A stretch of 33,591 nt of DNA from an uncultured Gammaproteobacteria bacterium. Lineage in GTDB: Bacteria; Patescibacteriota; Patescibacteriia; UBA10025; JAHIVO01. Made by a program: the position numbers and the translations under genes. The notes beneath the pieces were generated by a model that was not told where the DNA came from, made no database searches, and saw nothing but the letters and a program-made list of their open reading frames with translations. The stretch is taken from the NCBI GenBank assembly GCA_964549245.1, contig CAZJUO010000003.1, forward strand, positions 1 to 33,591. Direction: 5' to 3'. Positions 28,480 to 33,591 of the stretch are shown piece after piece. Positions within the stretch are counted from its first letter, which is position 1, and each line of letters starts with the position of its first letter.

Positions 28480-28682
28480 GTTTTACTAAGCAATACAGTG
28501 ATAACAGGGCTTATTTGCTAATTTTAGCTTATTATAAAAAAATATATTATTCCAATGCCCCAAACGAATAATATGTAACCCACAATTTATCCACAACAAA
28601 AATCTCGGCAATCAAAGACTTGTGGTTTGTTTAGATGACCGCCCCGATTTTCTACTATTATTGTAATAAGGAAATATGCCGT

Positions 28683-29996
28683 TTATAGTTTTCCCAGACT
28701 CTCTTTTACGGCCGCCAGGTCGCTCCACGGTATTTTTTTTCCCTTGGCTACAGCCATAACCGTCTCACTGCCTTTCCCAGTAATAATCAGGCAATCCTTA
28801 GGCTCGGCGATTTCCAATGCTTTTTTTATGGCCTCTTTACGATCAATAATTTTTTCTATCGGCGGTTTGCCATGCGCCCGCAAAGCACCGGCAATGACCT
28901 CATCTATAATCTGCTCCGGATCTTCATCATATGGATCTTCGTTGGTAACAATCACGTGGTCAGTATAATCAGCCGCCAAACGACCGAGGACAGGGCGTTT
29001 TGCCCGATCGCGGCCGCCCCCTTGAGAACCCAGCACGCTGATAATCTTTCGTGGCCGCAAACTCTTTACAGTTTGGTAAACCGCTTCGAGGGAGGCCGGC
29101 TCATGAGCGTAATCAACAAAAATTAAAATCCCTCTTTTATTCGGCACGATCTGCATACGTCCGGGAACGCCAGTTACTGAAGCTAGGGCTTGCTTTATAA
29201 CAGGCAACGTAATATCTTGCGACAAACCGACACAGATAGCCGCCATGGCATTATATACATTAAACTCCCCAAGTAACTCCATGCTTATGCGTTCCTCATT
29301 AACCAAAAAAGAGAGCCCATCATTGCCAGTGCTCACCTCACGGGCTACTACGGGCCGATCGCTCATCAGTAAACCGCTGATATTTTTTAAACCAAAGGTG
29401 TATTTTTTATCAGCCGGAAAAAATAAAAAGTTTTCCGCTTCTTTATCATCATGATTAGCCACCATGATTTTTTTTATTTCCTGGCCATCAATTATTTTTC
29501 TTTTTTTTGTATTTAAACGCTGAAATAATTTCAGTTTGGCCCGGCGGTATTTTTCATAACTGCCATGGGATTCAATATGCTCGGGAGATAAATTGGTAAA
29601 TACCACCACGTCATACTCGATACCCAAATGCCGGAACTGGGCAATGCCCTCTGACGAGGTTTCAATAACAGCATACCGACAATCTGCCTGTACCATTTTG
29701 CGAAGCAGTTTTTGCAGGGTGAACCGCCCTGGCATGGTTTGTTTGGTTTCGTTTTTCCATTCGGTTTCCCCGATAGCAAAATTAATGGTTGAAACTAAGC
29801 CGGTTTTATGACCAGCCGCTTGCAAGATGTGACGTATCAAAGTAACAACGGTGGATTTACCCTTTGTACCAGTAACGCCGATAACAACCAGCTTTCGTGA
29901 AGGATGACAATACAGCAAAGCACCCACCTTAGCCAGCAGCCAATGGTAAGCCTGTAAGACGAATGAGGGCGCATACTGCCTGATGGTACTATACAT
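28683..29996 (-). CDS. murE: Mur ligase family protein, MurE-like, lacking the canonical N-terminal domain
   Basis: 437 aa. The P-loop GVTGTKGKST lies at about residue 42. Also present: ETSSEGI, FTNLSPEHIESHG, DYAHEP, GGGRDRAKRP, and the NEDPYDEDP motif of the MurE C-terminal domain. Confidence 0.7.
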   Translation of the reverse strand: MYSTIRQYAPSFVLQAYHWLLAKVGALLYCHPSRKLVVIGVTGTKGKSTVVTLIRHILQAAGHKTGLVSTINFAIGETEWKNETKQTMPGRFTLQKLLRKMVQADCRYAVIETSSEGIAQFRHLGIEYDVVVFTNLSPEHIESHGSYEKYRRAKLKLFQRLNTKKRKIIDGQEIKKIMVANHDDKEAENFLFFPADKKYTFGLKNISGLLMSDRPVVAREVSTGNDGLSFLVNEERISMELLGEFNVYNAMAAICVGLSQDITLPVIKQALASVTGVPGRMQIVPNKRGILIFVDYAHEPASLEAVYQTVKSLRPRKIISVLGSQGGGRDRAKRPVLGRLAADYTDHVIVTNEDPYDEDPEQIIDEVIAGALRAHGKPPIEKIIDRKEAIKKALEIAEPKDCLIITGKGSETVMAVAKGKKIPWSDLAAVKESLGKL

Positions 29997-30004
29997 AAGG
30001 TTTC

Positions 30005-31078
30005 CTATTGTTGTTTCTTCCCTACCTCATAGGTAGGCACCACTTTCATGGTCAACTGTACCGGTGTACCCAGGCGCTCCACCAGAATATCAGTTAAGCG
30101 ATTAACATGACTTGAAGTCAGCTCATACGGCGATTGCAGGGTTACTTCCACTCCAACATATGAACCCGTATCATCAATGGTTAAATTGGTTAATTTCGTA
30201 TTAATAGTGTATTGCTCAATTACTTCTTTAATCAAACCCCGCTCTTCATTTTCTTCAATAATGCCTTTCATCACCACAGTTAACGGAATAGCGATAATTA
30301 ATAAAAAGATAACAAACCAGGTAATATTGCTAACCGCCACATTTTTGCTCGTTTCACGTTGGGGAAATTTGATGCCCACAAACAAAAAGAGTATAACTGA
30401 AGCTAAGGTGATAGCTATCATGTTCGTCAAATACAGCAACGCCGCGCCGCCTGCTAAGACAAAATTTCCCTGGGCAAATAAAATACCCATAACGGCCAAA
30501 GGGGGTACTAATGCTACTGCCGCAACTACACCAGCTAACGTGGCCGATAGCTTTGGGTGAGAAACAGAAAATGCTCCGATAAAGCCAGCCGCCAAAGCGA
30601 TAAAAAGCTCAAACAACGTGGGGTTGGTCCGCAATATCAGTTCACGGCTTTCTCCGATATCCGGAGAGAAAACGCCAATCACAAATGAAACAACGAAAAT
30701 AAGGGCTGTTGCTTTGACCAAAGTAATCAGCGCTTGCCTGATTTTTTTTACCCGCCCTTTGATAATAGACCACGACAACAAAAGAATGGGCCAAAAAAGC
30801 GGGGCTACAATCATGCCGCCAATCACTACCGCCGCGTTATCAATGATCACCCCAAAAGCGATAATAATGGCCGAAAAAATAGTTAATAAAACAAAGTCGA
30901 GGTTCGGCTTGGCTTTTTCCTTAATCTCCTCTTCTACCTTTTTCTGCCGCTCTTCGTTAATGCGCAAGAAACGCAAATATTGCTTTACCGGTTCTTCAAT
31001 CTTTTTTTCAATCTTTTCAATATGATTAGTTGCCGTGCTGGCGCTATTTTTTTGTTTCTTTTTAGAACTATTGCTCAT
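30005..31078 (-). CDS. DUF389-family integral membrane protein
   Basis: 357 aa. Lys/Glu-rich N-terminus, then multiple TM helices with the pattern IIDNAAVVIGGMIVAPLFWPILLLSW, typical of DUF389. Its stop lies 8 nt before the murE-like start. Confidence 0.65.
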   Translation of the reverse strand: MSNSSKKKQKNSASTATNHIEKIEKKIEEPVKQYLRFLRINEERQKKVEEEIKEKAKPNLDFVLLTIFSAIIIAFGVIIDNAAVVIGGMIVAPLFWPILLLSWSIIKGRVKKIRQALITLVKATALIFVVSFVIGVFSPDIGESRELILRTNPTLFELFIALAAGFIGAFSVSHPKLSATLAGVVAAVALVPPLAVMGILFAQGNFVLAGGAALLYLTNMIAITLASVILFLFVGIKFPQRETSKNVAVSNITWFVIFLLIIAIPLTVVMKGIIEENEERGLIKEVIEQYTINTKLTNLTIDDTGSYVGVEVTLQSPYELTSSHVNRLTDILVERLGTPVQLTMKVVPTYEVGKKQQ

Positions 31079-31330
31079 ACGTTTTTCATACTCGGTTAAC
31101 TAGGAATTCCAAATTTAGAAATCTTTTTTGCTTCAGCAATATTGGGACAATGAATGTAGACGTGGGTCATTTTATTATAGGGATATAGGAGCTATAAGAG
31201 CCATAGGGATAAAGGGTAATAGGTAAAAGGACACTTACTTAATTTCTTTTTATCAACCTCTCTCCCTCTAATTCCTTGGATTTTTTTATCTTTTAACCTT
31301 TAGTTCGTTTAGCTCATTTTACCTTAAAAA

Positions 31331-31744
31331 CTACTCCGCTCGAATTAAATTCCCATCAGTATCAAGCTCCACAAAATGCTTAGCCGTACCATCACGATAA
31401 GCTGAACACTGGTTCTCCGGCAGATTATCAACGTCCTGCCTGGGATCATGGGCAATATCCGCCACCCAATCGTCGATCACCTTGTTCGATAAGCAAGGAC
31501 CATTAGATAAATCATCCCCGTTATACAAGGCCGCCCTATATAATTCTTGGGCTTTAGCCACTGCCAGATCTTTATCAGCTTTTTCTTTAATCTTCACATC
31601 CGCCGCCCCACTAACAACTTCTGCGGCAGTAAATCCGTTGGTATTGTCGTTAGCTGTTTTGCCTGCACAAGCGCTTAATACCAATCCCAAAGACACAACC
31701 ATAATAATGACTGATAAAATTTTTGTTGTAGTATTCCCTTTCAT
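31331..31744 (-). CDS. small secreted lipoprotein, function unknown
   Basis: 137 aa. Signal peptide ending in the lipobox LVLSAC (LSACAG). The mature part is hydrophilic with two Cys. Confidence 0.65.
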   Translation of the reverse strand: MKGNTTTKILSVIIMVVSLGLVLSACAGKTANDNTNGFTAAEVVSGAADVKIKEKADKDLAVAKAQELYRAALYNGDDLSNGPCLSNKVIDDWVADIAHDPRQDVDNLPENQCSAYRDGTAKHFVELDTDGNLIRAE

Positions 31745-31752
31745 TAGTATTT

Positions 31753-31781
31753 ATTATAATGGTATTTACCGCAAAAAACAA
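31753..31781 (-). promoter_or_regulatory. promoter candidate placing the lipoprotein mRNA start at or next to its ATG (leaderless)
   Basis: Minus strand: TTGTTT (31781-31776), 17-nt spacer, perfect TATAAT (31758-31753). The -10 box ends 8 nt before the ATG (31744), and there is no SD. Confidence 0.4.
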
Positions 31782-31818
31782 ATAAAAACCCCTCGTGCAT
31801 AAGATAATACACTCGGGG
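31771..31818 (-). terminator. intrinsic terminator of the metK / small-ORF unit
   Basis: Minus strand: ccccgagtg ... cacgagggg stem (4+3 bp with a 2x2 internal loop; 31818-31789), followed by TTTTTaTTTgTTTTTT (31788-31771). Confidence 0.55.
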
Positions 31819-31838
31819 AAAACTACTCGCCATATAGG

Positions 31839-32093
31839 CTACAAAATCATGCTCAATGAGAGTTGAAAAAACATAACGGCTAGCAATACAGCAGACAGCC
31901 AAACTATCCATTTTGTAGCGATACGACTTACAAGATATGAAGCCCGTTGCCATGGGGAACGGTTTTGTATGGGAAAATACAACTTGGCTACTTGCGATTC
32001 TAATATATCATCGATTAATAACAGCAAACGGCAAATCAAAGACCCGAGCATGGCTACACCGATAGCTTCTAATGGAGACAAGAACTCCGCCAT
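31839..32093 (-). CDS. small hypothetical membrane protein (84 aa) co-transcribed with metK
   Basis: The ATG at 32093 is preceded by the SD aaggaggg (32105-32098) with a 4-nt spacing. It lies 22 nt downstream of the metK stop. It has two hydrophobic helices and is followed by a terminator. Confidence 0.45.
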   Translation of the reverse strand: MAEFLSPLEAIGVAMLGSLICRLLLLIDDILESQVAKLYFPIQNRSPWQRASYLVSRIATKWIVWLSAVLLAVMFFQLSLSMIL

Positions 32094-32115
32094 CAAACCC
32101 TCCTTATATAAAAAA

Positions 32116-33261
32116 CTATTTTTTCAATAAATCAACCTTATCCAATTTCTCCCAGGGAAACTCCACATCAGTACGGCCAAAATGTCCATAGGCCGCGGTC
32201 TGCTCATAAATCGGCTGGCGCAGGTTTAACTGTTCGATAATGTCCCCCGGCTTCAAAGGAAAGTTTTTTCTGATCACCTCTTCCAGTTCGCCATTATCAA
32301 TCTTGCCGGTGCCAAAGGTATTGGTCATGATCGAAACCGGTTCTGACACGCCGATGGCATAGGCCAGCTGAATCTCACAGCGCTTTGCCAAGCCAGCGGC
32401 TACGATATTCTTTGCAATGTAGCGGGCCGCGTATGAAGCACTGCGGTCAACTTTGGTTACGTCTTTGCCGGAAAAACAGCCCCCGCCGTGCGCGCCTACT
32501 CCGCCATACGTATCAACAATAATCTTGCGGCCGGTCATGCCCGTATCAGCCGGCGGACCGCCCAAGACAAACCTGCCGGTTGCATTTATATGAAGCTTAA
32601 TATCGTCATTATACCATTTGCCTAGAACGGGTTTGATTACTTTTTCTGTAATATCTTTTTGTAATTGCGCCGCGCTAATCTCCTCGGCGTGCTGGGCGGC
32701 GATCACTACGGTATCAACGCGCTTTGGTATGTACTCATCGTACTCAACAGTAACTTGGGATTTCCCGTCCGGCCGTAAATAGTCTAGGGTGCCGTCTTTT
32801 CGCACTTCAGCCAATTTTTTTGTGAGTGCATGCGCTAATGAAATTGTTAAGGGCATATACTCCGGCGTCTCATCGCAGGCGAAGCCGAACATCAAACCCT
32901 GATCACCGGCTCCGAGCTCTTTATCTGTTTTCTCATCAACGCCTTGGGCAATATCAGGAGATTGTTCGTGGATTGCGCTCAATACCCCCACGTCATCAGC
33001 GCAAAAACCGTAGCGGTGCTTATCATACCCGATTTTCCTAATAGTTCTGCGCACTATTTCCTGAATATCAACATACCCTTTGGTACGCACCTCGCCGCCG
33101 ACTACTACCAATCCGGTGGTGGCAAAGCATTCCACCGCCGAGCGGGACATAGTATCCTGCTCGAGCATTGCGTCATAAATAGCGTCAGAAATTTGATCAC
33201 ATATTTTGTCCGGATGGCCTTCAGCCACCGATTCAGAGGTAAATAATTTTTTTGAAGTCAT
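32116..33261 (-). CDS. metK: S-adenosylmethionine synthetase
   Basis: 381 aa. [64 protein letters not shown]. Confidence 0.97.
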   Translation of the reverse strand: MTSKKLFTSESVAEGHPDKICDQISDAIYDAMLEQDTMSRSAVECFATTGLVVVGGEVRTKGYVDIQEIVRRTIRKIGYDKHRYGFCADDVGVLSAIHEQSPDIAQGVDEKTDKELGAGDQGLMFGFACDETPEYMPLTISLAHALTKKLAEVRKDGTLDYLRPDGKSQVTVEYDEYIPKRVDTVVIAAQHAEEISAAQLQKDITEKVIKPVLGKWYNDDIKLHINATGRFVLGGPPADTGMTGRKIIVDTYGGVGAHGGGCFSGKDVTKVDRSASYAARYIAKNIVAAGLAKRCEIQLAYAIGVSEPVSIMTNTFGTGKIDNGELEEVIRKNFPLKPGDIIEQLNLRQPIYEQTAAYGHFGRTDVEFPWEKLDKVDLLKK

Positions 33262-33293
33262 ATGGTTTTACAAATTATTAATAATATTTAGTA

Positions 33294-33320
33294 ACAAAAA
33301 AATCTCTATGACAAGAGATT
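33294..33320 (-). terminator. expression-platform terminator of the SAM riboswitch
   Basis: Minus strand: (a)atctct-tgtcat-agagat(t) stem-loop (33320-33301), running into a T7 tract (33302-33296), 35 nt upstream of the metK ATG. Confidence 0.7.
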
Positions 33321-33334
33321 ATCTTATGAGGTTA

Positions 33335-33475
33335 TCCCTTATCTGTCTCCAAAATAGTTGGAGCTGGAAGTAGCACAGCGCGAGGCCCCTCCTCCTCGTG
33401 AACTCGGAGTCAGGGTGCTTCGCAGTTGCTGGAGCGTCATGGGGCCAGAACCCTCGGCTCTCTCTTGATAAGCAT
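33335..33475 (-). promoter_or_regulatory. SAM-I (S-box) riboswitch aptamer
   Basis: Minus strand reads CTTATCAAGAGAGAGCCGAGGGTTCTGGCCCCATGACGCTCCAGCAAC...GTGCTACTTCCAGCTCCAACTATTTTGGAGACAGATAAG. It has the P1 pairing CTTATC/GATAAG, the conserved GAGGG, CUGGCCC, AUGA and GCAAC elements, GUGCUA..UCCAGC, and the P4 stem CTCCAA/TTGGAG. It lies directly upstream of metK. Confidence 0.9.
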
Positions 33476-33496
33476 AAATTGTAAATGTATATACGC

Positions 33497-33524
33497 ATTA
33501 TACCAACCGAAAAAAAATAGTCGA
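33497..33524 (-). promoter_or_regulatory. promoter candidate for the riboswitch-metK unit
   Basis: Minus strand: TCGACT (33524-33519), 16-nt spacer, TATAAT (33502-33497), about 20 nt upstream of the P1 helix. Confidence 0.45.
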
Positions 33525-33543
33525 CTGTTGAAAAAATGAACTA

Positions 33544-33570
33544 CCCCCAGCTGTAACGCTGGGGGTTTTG
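33544..33570 (+). terminator. GC-rich hairpin plus T-run at the window edge (terminator-like, owner gene not visible)
   Basis: cccccagc (33544-33551) / gctggggg (33558-33565) followed by TTTTg. A second hairpin gctgcc-tac-ggcagc lies at 33575-33589. No plus-strand ORF precedes it, and the minus-strand reading lacks an adjacent T-run. Confidence 0.3.
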
Positions 33571-33591
33571 TCCTGCTGCCTACGGCAGCTT

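Noticed and set aside
28587-28595. A perfect DnaA box TTATCCACA in the murE-rpoB spacer, with two degenerate box-like sequences nearby (aacccacaa at 28578-28586; ttgtggttt at 28620-28628). This raised the possibility of a replication origin.
   Set aside because: There is only one exact box, and a given 9-mer is expected by chance roughly once per few windows of this size on two strands. I found no cluster of good boxes, no adjacent dnaA/dnaN, and no distinct AT-rich unwinding element beyond the generally AT-rich spacer. A GC-skew analysis of the whole contig would be needed.
31175-31285. Reiterated purine-rich ATAGG(G)A/ATAAG motifs (tatagggatataggagctataagagccatagggataaagggtaataggtaaaagg), followed by a pyrimidine-rich tract (cctctctccctct). 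I considered this as a repeat array, CRISPR-like element or long hairpin.
   Set aside because: The units are short, irregularly spaced and imperfect. Pairing between the purine and pyrimidine tracts needs many G-U pairs and mismatches. There is no repeat-spacer periodicity. It is most likely just the untranslated region between the lipoprotein and DUF389 genes.
31744-31953. A 69-aa minus-strand ORF overlapping both the 84-aa ORF and the terminator/promoter region.
   Set aside because: It has no SD and spans a terminator hairpin and a promoter. It is out of frame with the better-supported 31839-32093 ORF.
1-33591. Alternative genetic code (UGA recoding, as in some candidate phyla).
   Set aside because: TGA terminates conserved genes at the expected positions (HAD hydrolase at 9246-9248, methyltransferase at 6028-6030, plsX at 10068-10070). 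All housekeeping ORFs are intact under the standard code.
1-33591. Mobile elements, prophage, CRISPR-Cas, toxin-antitoxin or other defence islands, and tRNA/rRNA genes.
   Set aside because: I found no transposase, integrase, recombinase, Cas-like or nuclease/ATPase defence signatures in any frame. I found no inverted terminal repeats flanking a block, no repeat-spacer array, and no cloverleaf-compatible sequence in the intergenic regions that I inspected by eye. tRNAscan or Infernal should confirm this.

Overview
This is a 33.6-kb chromosomal segment that uses the standard genetic code (TGA ends conserved genes). I support 22 protein-coding genes, most on the minus strand. I found no rRNA, tRNA, CRISPR array, transposase/integrase or recognisable defence gene. 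The core genes are rpoB-rpoC, an ftsK / RodZ-like / recA block, plsX, murI, a phosphomannomutase/phosphoglucomutase, a HAD phosphatase, a MurE-like ligase, and metK preceded by a clear SAM-I riboswitch with a terminator. The accessory or unusual content is as follows. (1) A divergent Elp3 (radical-SAM/GNAT) plus Trm9-like methyltransferase pair. (2) A 171-aa protein whose N-terminus looks like CsrA fused to a Cys-rich extension. (3) A 1741-aa secreted protein with carboxypeptidase-regulatory-like beta-sandwich repeats and an 8-repeat FG-GAP-type C-terminus. (4) An exported beta-helix repeat protein with a C-terminal multi-TM anchor. (5) Several orphan membrane proteins and a lipoprotein. Intergenic regions carry very readable TTGACA-17-TATAAT-type promoters and GC-stem/T-tract terminators, so most transcription units can be delimited by eye. 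The gene content (truncated MurE, many orphan membrane proteins, one giant surface protein, tight packing) is compatible with a small-genome uncultivated bacterium such as CPR/Patescibacteria, but that is only a weak inference. I cannot point to a convincing new multi-gene system. The best leads are the Elp3/Trm9 pair, the CsrA-like fusion protein and the giant propeller protein with its structured leader. All homology calls come from motif recognition by eye, not from database searches.
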